Assembly: GCA_003345555.1 (NCBI GenBank)
Contig: PRDJ01000006.1
Coordinates: 12,136 to 44,135, forward strand
Direction of reading: 5' to 3'
DNA: 32,000 nucleotides
From: Candidatus Thorarchaeota archaeon
GTDB taxonomy: Archaea; Asgardarchaeota; Thorarchaeia; Thorarchaeales; Thorarchaeaceae
The position numbers and the translations under genes were made by a program. Positions 24,080 to 32,000 of this stretch are shown piece by piece (position 1 is the first letter of the stretch; every line of letters starts with the position of its first letter). The notes beneath the pieces were generated by a model. It did no database searches, was not told where the DNA came from, and saw only the letters and a list, made by a program, of their open reading frames with translations.

Positions 24080-25729
24080 GTGATAGTCGAATGCAGATTG
24101 GACAACTTGCTCCAGCTGATTGGTCAGAAGCTGACACCCCAGAAACTTGAGGACACACTGTTCCTTCTGAAAGTCGAAATAGAGAAACTCGAAGGCAACA
24201 TCATAGAAGTCGAGGTCAATCCTGACAGACAGGATATGCTCTCAGCCGAAGGAATCGCAAGAGCAATCAGAGCATTCCTAGGCATTGACACTCGTCTGAA
24301 GACATATTCTGTTAGAAAGTCTGGAAAGCAAGTCGTTGTCAAATCAGGTCTCGAAAGAATCAGACCATTCATTTCCTGTGGCATTGTCAAGGGCGTTCAA
24401 ATGAGTGACGATCTGCTGAAGGACTATATGCATCTTCAAGAGCTACTTACAACGACTCACGGAAGAAATCGGAAGAAAGCCAGCATCGGGCTTTACGTAT
24501 TGAATGACATAGAGTTCCCGATTCTATACGTCCCCGAGAGACCAGATTCAATCAAGTTTGCCCCCTTGGGTCAAGAATCTGCAATCGACGGTCCGACTAT
24601 CCTCAATACACACGAGAAGGGGCTGCTTTATGGTCCCATCATCTCCGGCTTCAAGAAATGGCCCCTGCTGAAGGACTCAAGGGGCTGCATACTGAGCCTT
24701 CCACCTGTAATCAACAGCAACGACTTGGGACGTATCACAGTGGACGTTCATGACTTATTCGTGGAAGTCACGGGGACCCAGAAATCGTGTGTGGATCAAG
24801 CGCTCAACATTGTTCTCACGTCGCTCGCTGATAGGGGCGGCAAAATCGAATCCGTGACAGTCGTCTACCCCGACGGGACAGAGACTGAAACACCTGATTT
24901 GACGCCCAGTAAAATGATACTGACAACTGATGAGGTCGTACAGTTAACAGGGTTGGTGCTCAAAGACCAAGATGTTGTTGATTGCCTCAAGAAGATGTGC
25001 TATGGAGCTAGAGTATTAAGCAAGGGAAAAGTTGCAGTCGGAATCCCTCCGTTTAGGACGGATATACTCCATCCTGTCGATGTGATGGAAGACGTAGCCA
25101 TCGGCTATGGTTTTGACAAGATACAACCCACCATGCCTGTCACCACAACAACTGGTCGGCTCCTTCCGAAAACTCGATTCAAGAACAAGGCTCGCGATTT
25201 GATGGTGGGATCTGGTTATCAGGAGGTAATGACTTACGTGATGAGTTCACCCGACGTCATGAACTCCAAGATGATGCGAGACAACCAGCTTGTTACGACA
25301 GGCAATCCAAAGAGTATCGATTACTCGGTTCTTCGCAATTCTCTCCTCCCCGCTCTCCTTGACTTCACGAGTCAGAACCAGCATGCTGACTGCCCCCAGA
25401 GAGTATTCGAAGTGGGCGACGTGGTGATTCCTGACGAAAGGTCGGAAACTCAATCTACGCAAAGGACTTCGGTGTGCGGACTGGTGTCAGACGGTCGTGT
25501 CAACATCACGAACGTAATTGCAGAACTCACATTTGTGCTAAGGAATCTGGGCCTCGATGGCAAGTTCAAGTTTGTCTCAGCAAGGAACCCCTCGTTTGTA
25601 GAGGGACGAAGTGCTGACATTCTACTCGGTCAGGCGCGAATTGGCTCGTTCGGCGAGGTGTCACCAGAGGTGCTTAGTCGGTTCGGGATAGGAAACCCAA
25701 CAGCGGCTTTCGAGTTCTCGCTGCCCTGA
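24080..25729 (+). CDS. pheT: Phenylalanine--tRNA ligase beta subunit (archaeal type)
   Basis: NPDRQDMLSAEG, THGRNRKKASIG, LSLPPVINS, RTDILHPVDVMEDVAIGYG and LRNSLLP. GTG 24080 follows GAGGTG; GTG 24071 is an alternative. Confidence 0.95.
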   Translation: MIVECRLDNLLQLIGQKLTPQKLEDTLFLLKVEIEKLEGNIIEVEVNPDRQDMLSAEGIARAIRAFLGIDTRLKTYSVRKSGKQVVVKSGLERIRPFISCGIVKGVQMSDDLLKDYMHLQELLTTTHGRNRKKASIGLYVLNDIEFPILYVPERPDSIKFAPLGQESAIDGPTILNTHEKGLLYGPIISGFKKWPLLKDSRGCILSLPPVINSNDLGRITVDVHDLFVEVTGTQKSCVDQALNIVLTSLADRGGKIESVTVVYPDGTETETPDLTPSKMILTTDEVVQLTGLVLKDQDVVDCLKKMCYGARVLSKGKVAVGIPPFRTDILHPVDVMEDVAIGYGFDKIQPTMPVTTTTGRLLPKTRFKNKARDLMVGSGYQEVMTYVMSSPDVMNSKMMRDNQLVTTGNPKSIDYSVLRNSLLPALLDFTSQNQHADCPQRVFEVGDVVIPDERSETQSTQRTSVCGLVSDGRVNITNVIAELTFVLRNLGLDGKFKFVSARNPSFVEGRSADILLGQARIGSFGEVSPEVLSRFGIGNPTAAFEFSLP

Positions 25730-25811
25730 TGCCGTACCACGATGGGCGGGTTGATCCGTTATCGCAATACCTACGGATGATAGTGGTGGTAGCAAGACCT
25801 TCTGACCGGAG

Positions 25812-25823
25812 AAAAGATATAAG
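25812..25823 (+). promoter_or_regulatory. Candidate BRE/TATA for the first small GTPase
   Basis: AAAAGATATAAG about 60 nt upstream of ATG 25884. Confidence 0.45.
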
Positions 25824-25883
25824 GCCACAGGCGAGCGGTGTTCGTCACACTAGAATGCTAGATGAACTAGGAGTAGATGCCGA

Positions 25884-26486
25884 ATGACCGAGAAAGCGGG
25901 GTGGACTGGAAGAGAGAGTGCTACAGACGACTCCTCTTTCGAAGGTCACAAGTTCAGAATCGTCCTTCTGGGCGAGGCATCCGTAGGCAAGTCATCGCTG
26001 CTCCGTCGATTCACCGAGAACAATTTCGATGATGAGTACAAGCAGACAATAGGCAGTACTTTCGCAACCAAGGACGTGAAGGTGATCGACAACTCCGGAG
26101 TTTCTAGGCCTGTGCGTCTTGTCATCTGGGATATGGGCGGGCAGTCGACTTATAGAGAACTGAGAAGACAGTTCATGAAAGGTTCTGCGGGAGCTGTTAT
26201 CGTGTACGACGTGACGCGCCCCGAAACATTCATGGCAATGAACACATGGTTTGAATCATTCCGTGAAGTCTGTTCTGATGCACCTGTCGTGATATGCGCG
26301 AACAAGATAGACCTGGAGTCCAAGAGGATGGTTCCTCCGCAGCCTGGACTAATGCTCAAGAACTGGTTCCAATCTGACTATTTCGAGACATCCGCAAAAG
26401 TGGGTACTGCAGTCTCAGATGTCTTCACACGGATGGCGCAGATTGTATTGGCAAAGGTGATTTCAGAACATTCACCAAGAATATGA
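25884..26486 (+). CDS. Rab-like small GTPase (Ras superfamily)
   Basis: G1 GEASVGKS, G2 TIG, G3 WDMGGQ, IVYDVT, G4 NKID and G5 ETSAK; no C-terminal cysteine. Confidence 0.93.
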   Translation: MTEKAGWTGRESATDDSSFEGHKFRIVLLGEASVGKSSLLRRFTENNFDDEYKQTIGSTFATKDVKVIDNSGVSRPVRLVIWDMGGQSTYRELRRQFMKGSAGAVIVYDVTRPETFMAMNTWFESFREVCSDAPVVICANKIDLESKRMVPPQPGLMLKNWFQSDYFETSAKVGTAVSDVFTRMAQIVLAKVISEHSPRI

Positions 26487-26524
26487 GTCGTGCTTCATGA
26501 TAATCACTCGCGAGAGGCATTAGG

Positions 26525-26929
26525 ATGCGCGTCAAAGAATTCATGACCTCTGTGATTGTCACTGCAGACGCAGCCACCCCTGTCGTTGAAGCTGCAAAGA
26601 TAATGGCAGTTGAAGATGTAGGGAGTGTGATTGTCACTAAGAACGATGTCTTGGTGGGTCTAGTCACTCAGAAAGACATCATCGCAGCGCAATTGATGTC
26701 CGAGGGTGTATACCATCGCCTGACATTGGAAGACATAATGAGCAGTCCTGTCGTGACGATTAGTCCTGACGCCGACCTTGGACAAGCAATAGCGTTGATG
26801 CATCAAACCGGAAAGAGGCACATACCCGTAATCGAAGGTGACGACATTATTGGAATTGTCACCTCAACCGATGTCTTGCGGGTGGTGGCTACTCTGAAGC
26901 TGTTTGCCAAGGGCGTTCCTACTGCCTAG
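26525..26929 (+). CDS. CBS-domain pair protein
   Basis: VKEFMTS.VIV...DVGSVIV...LVGLVTQKDI and EDIMSSPVVTISPDA...HIPVIE...GIVTSTDV. Confidence 0.92.
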   Translation: MRVKEFMTSVIVTADAATPVVEAAKIMAVEDVGSVIVTKNDVLVGLVTQKDIIAAQLMSEGVYHRLTLEDIMSSPVVTISPDADLGQAIALMHQTGKRHIPVIEGDDIIGIVTSTDVLRVVATLKLFAKGVPTA

Positions 26930-27570
26930 GCCGGCTGGTATTTCGCAATTTCGGCTTTGATTTCCTGCTTGAGTTTGAGTATGTCCTTGGCCTGAAGTTC
27001 GTTTCTCTTCGGATATCCTGCGACCATTCCAATCCATCGATCAATCTTGACCATTATGGGGTCACTAGGTACAATCTTCATGATATCAGTCTTCGAGTCA
27101 GCCAGCGTCTGGGCAACATCGCCAGCGAGGCAACCCATCTTGAGGGACTTGATAATGCTTTGGAGGATATCTGCCACCTGCATGGCCCTGTCCGCAGGCA
27201 CTTTGCTGGCTGCGGGTGAAGCACCAACAGTCGCAACGGCGGGTTCTGCCTCGTACACCGGAGCGCCGACCTGTATGTTTTGAATGGACTGGGCAACCTC
27301 GTCCCTGAGTCGCTCTATTGCCTCCGTTAACGAGCTTTCAAGTCGCTTGAACTCTTCTCTGACGACGCTACTCGTTTCGTCAGTTGCTGCGGGAGCACGG
27401 GTCTGGGCTTGTTTGCTCAGGGCGTCGAGTATCTCCTGCTTGGTTACTTTTAGTTCTGACTTTATCTCTGTCACTGACGTGAGGATTGTGATCATGCGTT
27501 TTAGGGTTTCACCCAGTGTGGCAATACTTGCTTCAATCTGTGACAATCGACTTAGGAACTGCTCAGCCAT
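26926..27570 (-). CDS. Hypothetical protein: N-terminal coiled coil, Ala/Pro-rich linker, C-terminal helical domain
   Basis: 214-aa ORF with heptad-like N-terminal half and linker GAPVYEAEPAVATVGASPAASK. Confidence 0.8.
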   Translation of the reverse strand: MAEQFLSRLSQIEASIATLGETLKRMITILTSVTEIKSELKVTKQEILDALSKQAQTRAPAATDETSSVVREEFKRLESSLTEAIERLRDEVAQSIQNIQVGAPVYEAEPAVATVGASPAASKVPADRAMQVADILQSIIKSLKMGCLAGDVAQTLADSKTDIMKIVPSDPIMVKIDRWIGMVAGYPKRNELQAKDILKLKQEIKAEIAKYQPA

Positions 27571-27743
27571 ATGCGCTCATCACTGTACCTGAATGACACC
27601 ATGGGATGATATTCTGAAGAAAAGGATTTGTCCGACAGTTAGGGGATAAGTCCCAGATATACCAATATGGTTTTTCTAGAACCGTTAAATGGCGTTCTGC
27701 CGTAGGTGTGACCACCTAGCATACGCTATAGGAAGTATAGAAC

Positions 27744-28352
27744 TTGTCTTCTGAGCCTGTTTCCCACATGTTCAAACTCGTTGCCCTAGGTGACGGTGCC
27801 GTGGGAAAGACTAGTTGTATCAAGAGATACACAGAAGACAGTTTCAGCGAGCGCTACATAGCAACCATCGGCACCACTTTCGCGCTGAAAAGCGTGGAAG
27901 TACAGGGACCTAACGGGTCTAAGATTAGCGCAAGAATAGTGCTTTGGGACCTTGCCGGCCAGCCTACCTATAACGAGTTGAGACGTAGGTACATGGCCGG
28001 TGCGTCGATGGCTGTTATCGTCTACGATGTGACAAGGCCGCAGACATTCTTAGACGTCGGTGAATGGTTTACCAAGTTCATTACAGTCTGCCCCAATGCA
28101 GTAGTTGCTGTTGTTGCGAACAAAATCGATAGGCCAGACCGACTTGTGCCGCCCGAAGCTGGGCTAATGGTTAAGAGGTGGCTTGATGTCTTGCACTATG
28201 AGACATCAGCCAAGACCGGCGAGAACATCAACAGGATGTTCACGGATTTGGTGATGCGCTCCATGGAAAAGCAGCGCGAACTGGGACCGGCCAGTTCCAT
28301 CGATTCCGCGCAATCTAGTATTCACGCAACAAGACCGCCCAAGACGACCTAG
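27744..28352 (+). CDS. Rab-like small GTPase (Ras superfamily), paralogue of 25884-26486
   Basis: G1 GDGAVGKT, TIG, WDLAGQ, IVYDVT, NKID and ETSAK; Ser/Pro/Thr-rich tail without cysteine. TTG start 8 nt after GGAAG. Confidence 0.93.
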   Translation: MSSEPVSHMFKLVALGDGAVGKTSCIKRYTEDSFSERYIATIGTTFALKSVEVQGPNGSKISARIVLWDLAGQPTYNELRRRYMAGASMAVIVYDVTRPQTFLDVGEWFTKFITVCPNAVVAVVANKIDRPDRLVPPEAGLMVKRWLDVLHYETSAKTGENINRMFTDLVMRSMEKQRELGPASSIDSAQSSIHATRPPKTT

Positions 28353-28372
28353 CTCTCTGGCAGGTGTAAGTG

Positions 28373-28918
28373 ATGACAGCAACGGCCAAACATACTCAGT
28401 ATGTCAAAGGCGTCTTTAGTCACATTGGCTTGTTCTTTGTGAACTTTTGCGTATTAATTGGTCTAATCCAAGCCATCAACGTCTACCAGATGCCACAACC
28501 GTTGTTGAACACGATTCTTCTAGCGTACATGATCGTTCATACAATCATGCTGCTGTCACTTCAGCTCGGAATCCAAGTGCTTGAGCTCATTAGACTCAAG
28601 ATGCCATCATTCCTCATTAGCTACTACTTCCGTTTCAGTGATGAGGAGCTCATTCCTCTCCGAATCTTGGATCCTACTAAAAGCAAGCTAGCTGTAATCG
28701 TCCTGCTGCTTGTTATTACCGGGGGGCCTGTGCTCTATCCCATATTTGCAGTCTATGGCTTCGTGTTCATCTCTGGAGACCTGTTGATAATTGCATTCGA
28801 CCCGAATACGATACTGCATTATTTTACGGTGTTTCTGAACTGGATGCCACCCGTAATTGCTCTCATAGTCATCGTCACCATTGTGTCCGTTGTGATTGTT
28901 GAATTCAAACATGTCTAG
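28373..28918 (+). CDS. Hypothetical integral membrane protein (about 4 TM helices)
   Basis: Long hydrophobic stretches; AGGTG precedes ATG 28373. Confidence 0.75.
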   Translation: MTATAKHTQYVKGVFSHIGLFFVNFCVLIGLIQAINVYQMPQPLLNTILLAYMIVHTIMLLSLQLGIQVLELIRLKMPSFLISYYFRFSDEELIPLRILDPTKSKLAVIVLLLVITGGPVLYPIFAVYGFVFISGDLLIIAFDPNTILHYFTVFLNWMPPVIALIVIVTIVSVVIVEFKHV

Positions 28919-29043
28919 AAGACGCAATCTGGAAATGTCGCCTAAGGCCCGGAACCAGTCAGTTCTGGCACCGTCTCAGACAAACAAAGTCTTCTGTCCC
29001 TAGGTCGGGGTTTATATTGCGACTGTATTCTACTCATCCAACA

Positions 29044-30399
29044 ATGAACTCGACCGTTGATGTTGCAGTAGTTGGTGCCGGGTCCGCGGGATGTTCTGCT
29101 GCTCGCCGATGCGCGGAGATGGGTCTCGAGACCATTATGCTCGACAGAAAGCCAAGACAACTCGTCGGGCAGAAGGTTTGTGGTGATGAGGTAAGTAGGT
29201 CACACTTCGATGCCACCGGGATTGATTACCCGCAAGAAGCAGAGATACTAAACACAATCCATGGTGCTGACATATACCCGCCAGGAATAACCAACGAAAT
29301 GAAGGTCAGGGGTTGGAAGGAATTCGATGGCTGGATCCTGCATCGGCTGAACTTTGGCCAGCGGCTACTCAATGAAGCGATTCGGGCCGGAGTGACTTTC
29401 CTTCCGGAGTGTCATGTGACCGGTCCTACACTCAAAGATGGACAAGTTGTCGGTGTGAAATACAAGGCCAAGGAAACGGGCGAGACAAGAGCAGTCCAGG
29501 CGAAACTTGTGGTCGATGCATCTGGTCTTGCCGGAGTGGTCAGGACGAAGGTTGATCACCCGCTCGTCGAGAAGCAAGTCGACAAGAATGACATTGCCCT
29601 TTGTCAACGTGAGATTCTGCATCTCAGAGAGCCGCTTCCTGAGCCGAATGTCGCTCGAGTATTCCTAGGAAGAAGAATCGCGCCCTCAGGTTATGCTTGG
29701 CTTTTCCCACGGGGACCAGAAGAAGTGAATGTGGGGGTCGGGGTAACCGGCGGGGAAGGCAAATCCTCTCCCAAGTCGTATCTTTCGAGCTTCAAAGAGC
29801 GCTATGAGGTTCTTCGTGGAAGTGATGTGATCGAGAGTGCTGGTGGTGCAGTGCCGGTCCGGCGTCCACTAATGAGCTTGGTTGCTGACGGCATTGCCTT
29901 TGTTGGTGATTCGGCGCTCCAAGTGAATCCCATTCACGGCGGAGGAATAGGAGCAGGCATGCGTGCGGGAGTGATTCTTGGGGAAATCGCCAAGCAGGCG
30001 ATAGCGAGAGAGGACACATCAGCAAGAGGACTGTGGCAATACAACACAGCCTATCTGAGAGACTTCGGAAAGCGTCTTGCATCACTTGAAATCTTTCGCA
30101 GATTCCTTCAGGATGTAGGCGATGAAGACATCGATTTCGGCTTTGAGAAGCGCGTCTTGGAACCAGAGGATCTTATGCGTGCCAACCGGGGCGATGGCCT
30201 GTCTCTTGGTCTGGTCGACAAACTGCGTAGAGTGGGAAGGTCTGTGGGGCGGCCTGGTCTATTAATCAAACTTCAGAGGGCGGCAAGCCTCATGAAGATG
30301 GTCAGCAAGGCGTATGCCCAATACCCGTCTCGGCCTGAGATGTTCCAAAAATGGTGCCTCGACGTGGCGTCTATATTGGATGAAGCTCACTTCACGTGA
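29044..30399 (+). CDS. Geranylgeranyl reductase family protein (digeranylgeranylglycerophospholipid reductase-like)
   Basis: VVGAGSAG, KVCGD, VVDASG, GYAWLFP (YxWxFP) and GDSALQVNPIHGGGI. Confidence 0.9.
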   Translation: MNSTVDVAVVGAGSAGCSAARRCAEMGLETIMLDRKPRQLVGQKVCGDEVSRSHFDATGIDYPQEAEILNTIHGADIYPPGITNEMKVRGWKEFDGWILHRLNFGQRLLNEAIRAGVTFLPECHVTGPTLKDGQVVGVKYKAKETGETRAVQAKLVVDASGLAGVVRTKVDHPLVEKQVDKNDIALCQREILHLREPLPEPNVARVFLGRRIAPSGYAWLFPRGPEEVNVGVGVTGGEGKSSPKSYLSSFKERYEVLRGSDVIESAGGAVPVRRPLMSLVADGIAFVGDSALQVNPIHGGGIGAGMRAGVILGEIAKQAIAREDTSARGLWQYNTAYLRDFGKRLASLEIFRRFLQDVGDEDIDFGFEKRVLEPEDLMRANRGDGLSLGLVDKLRRVGRSVGRPGLLIKLQRAASLMKMVSKAYAQYPSRPEMFQKWCLDVASILDEAHFT

Positions 30400-30445
30400 C
30401 GTCTGGATGGCTGTGTCTTCAAGCGGTCAGCAAGTTCACGAGGCG

Positions 30446-31498
30446 CTATATGTCTCTGATACCATCTTTCACAACTGTGAAGATAGCTTCGCCTTCGGGC
30501 AGGTTTGGCGAATCAACTAGCCGGCAGATTCTTCGCTCACCCTTCGACTTCCTGATGTAACAGCGGACCTGTGGGACGTGCGCCAAGACGTGGCCACCTA
30601 CCGGGGTGGTTGGGTCTCCGAAGAAGGCATCTGGACGCGCCATTACCTGATTCGTGATGTACACTGCCATGTTGTTGATTTCTGCACCCCTCTGCAGATG
30701 GTGCAGGTGCTTGTTCAGTTTCTGTTGTCTCGGAGCGAGAGTGCCTCGTCCGGTGTATTCCGCTCTGAAGTGACTGGTTGCTGAATCTAGTACCAAGAGC
30801 TTTGCGTTCTTCTCTTGAGCCATTTCCATGGCTTGGTCACACAATAGTATTTGATGGTCAGAGTTGTAGGCCCGTGCCCACACTACGTTCTTCAGGACTG
30901 TCTCTATGTTTAGACCCAGAGCCTCTGACATGTCGACAAGACGTTCGGGTCTGAAAGTGCCTTCAGTGTCAACATAAATCGCAGTTCCGCCCAACCCTCC
31001 TTTGTCGGGAGGAAGTTGGACATTCACGGCGAGCTGGTGGGCGATTTGCGTTTTCCCGGACCTGAATGAACCATACATTTCAGTAATGCCTTGGGTCTCG
31101 ATACCTCCACCCAGCAAATCGTCAAGCGCTTTGGAACCGCTCGTAATTCGACCTGCGTTTCTTCTTCGTTCCAACAACAAGTCAGCAGTCTCGAATCCGA
31201 TGTCTAGCATCTCTCTTGCTGCTTTGATAATCTTCGTTGCGGTGGTCTCGCCTATTGAGCCTGCTGCGGCCAGCTCAGGAGGAGATGCGACAGCAATTGC
31301 TTCGACACTTCTATAACCTGATTCAGAGAGGCGCTTGGCAATCGCAGGACCAACCCCCGGAAGATCGGTCATGTCAAGACCTGTCACGCTTGTTCCAGTA
31401 TCTGGTGCCTCGCCGACGGCTTCCTTCGGTGCTTCGCCTTCGAATTCCTCGTAGTCTGGTTCCTCGACGTCCTCTTCTGGTTCCTCTTTCTTCGGGAT
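30446..31498 (-). CDS. radA: DNA repair and recombination protein RadA with acidic N-terminal extension; probable ATC start
   Basis: DLPGVG HhH domain, Walker [41 protein letters not shown] and [10 protein letters not shown]. The frame is open upstream of the track's GTG 31387 and encodes (M)[36 protein letters not shown], with GGAGG 8 nt before ATC 31498. The start coordinate is inferred. Confidence 0.95.
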   Translation of the reverse strand: MPKKEEPEEDVEEPDYEEFEGEAPKEAVGEAPDTGTSVTGLDMTDLPGVGPAIAKRLSESGYRSVEAIAVASPPELAAAGSIGETTATKIIKAAREMLDIGFETADLLLERRRNAGRITSGSKALDDLLGGGIETQGITEMYGSFRSGKTQIAHQLAVNVQLPPDKGGLGGTAIYVDTEGTFRPERLVDMSEALGLNIETVLKNVVWARAYNSDHQILLCDQAMEMAQEKNAKLLVLDSATSHFRAEYTGRGTLAPRQQKLNKHLHHLQRGAEINNMAVYITNQVMARPDAFFGDPTTPVGGHVLAHVPQVRCYIRKSKGERRICRLVDSPNLPEGEAIFTVVKDGIRDI

Positions 31499-31576
31499 TT
31501 TGGTCGCCTCCCTTGATTGCTCGGCTATCTCGTGCGAGTAAATGGAGAGTATGGTTATGATTCTGTCGCTTTGACC

Positions 31577-31586
31577 GATATAAAAA
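31577..31586 (-). promoter_or_regulatory. Candidate TATA box for radA
   Basis: TTTTTATATC on the minus strand, about 80 nt upstream of the proposed ATC start. Confidence 0.5.
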
Positions 31587-31605
31587 CAGCACTGAGATTC
31601 AGTGC
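31582..31605 (-). terminator. Hairpin plus T-tract downstream of the ABC permease gene
   Basis: Perfect 7-bp inverted repeat GCACTGA-N3-TCAGTGC (31589-31605) followed on the minus strand by TGTTTTT; could instead be an operator. Confidence 0.4.
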
Positions 31606-31734
31606 CAAATGACTGGTAACTTGCCAGTTTTGTCTACTGCGAATCAGGATTCTGCTAGACAATCGATCTCGTCTGTTTATATGGGCACGCTACGGGGCTT
31701 GTGGCCGCGCACTGATCCGCGTGAGAATCTCCGG

Positions 31735-32000
31735 TTATGACAAGTCCTTGCGATGGAAAAGCAGCACTGCCAACAGAAGGGAAACGACGAGAATCGCCAA
31801 CAGCACGATTGTCGAAGATGCCGGGGTCCATGACGGGATTACGTAATTGAAGGCCAAGAAGAAGTTGCCCATGTTGCTCATGTGAGCAGAAAGGGAGTAC
31901 GGGAGACCCCCAATGAACGAGAAGACTGCGCCCAGAAGCTGCTCGTACAGCACCACGAACACTCCCCAGAATAGCGGTCTCTTCAGTGCGATACCTAGTA
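31735..32000 (-). CDS. ABC-2-type transporter permease, C-terminal part (start lies beyond the window)
   Basis: The frame is open to the window edge: ...LGIALKRPLFWGVFVVLYEQLL...VSLLLAVLLFHRKDLS*. The terminal F.RKDL is typical of ABC-2 permeases. Confidence 0.7.
   Translation of the reverse strand, partial: LGIALKRPLFWGVFVVLYEQLLGAVFSFIGGLPYSLSAHMSNMGNFFLAFNYVIPSWTPASSTIVLLAILVVSLLLAVLLFHRKDLS

Noticed and set aside
25730-25810. C/D-box sRNA-like motifs (ATGATA...CTGA; similar partial boxes near 2424, 9423 and 13573)
   Set aside because: The boxes are incomplete or wrongly spaced, with no full C-D'-C'-D arrangement.
2219-29043. Long N-terminal extensions in the ORF track (starts at 2219, 5353, 20517, 22229, 23963, 29017)
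   Set aside because: They overlap neighbouring genes or promoters and lack family similarity; downstream starts with SD motifs match the family N-termini.
31440-31490. Short direct repeats (GAGGAACCAGA twice on the minus strand)
   Set aside because: Explained by the Glu-Glu-Pro codons of the RadA acidic tail, not an independent repeat element.
728-31592. Numerous 60-170 aa ORFs antisense or out of frame to the called genes (e.g. 1625-2077, 3206-3724, 6481-6990, 9793-10266, 15216-15764, 19687-19932, 31374-31592)
   Set aside because: They lie within well-supported genes or lack recognisable motifs, and have Ser/Arg/Cys-rich shadow-frame composition.

Overview
This is an archaeal window, most likely from an Asgard archaeon (Thorarchaeia-like, inferred). 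The evidence is archaeal-type RadA, aRF1, PheS/PheT and geranylgeranyl reductase, two Rab-like small GTPases, TATA-like promoters and GGAGG/GGTGA ribosome-binding sites. I found no rRNA, tRNA, CRISPR array or mobile element. The left half (about 1-16.8 kb) is a catabolic island. It contains an APC permease that the ORF track missed, a HARE-HTH/Mrr-like protein with a degenerate active site, a MoaD/SAMP-like ubiquitin-fold protein, and two paralogous FAD-oxidoreductase + CCG Fe-S pairs. Between those pairs lie a URO-D-family protein, an RraA/HMG-aldolase, a V4R/ATC-hydrolase-like protein, an aminotransferase, a single-Cys glycyl radical enzyme (no activase in the window), a KDG kinase, a KDPG/KHG aldolase and an SCP2 protein. 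The right half is mostly housekeeping or Asgard-type genes. Four signals stand out. (1) A Cas4-like nuclease is split over two overlapping genes, each half with its own transmembrane helix; the ORF track truncates the first half. (2) Three genes appear to start at near-cognate codons (ACG, CTG, ATC), each exactly 8 nt after a strong SD motif; one of them is radA. (3) The glycyl radical enzyme lies directly upstream of kdgK-eda with no classical sugar-acid dehydratase nearby. (4) A MIPS/Ino1 homologue and the aRF1 have altered functional motifs. All functional statements come from reading motifs by eye; no searches were run.
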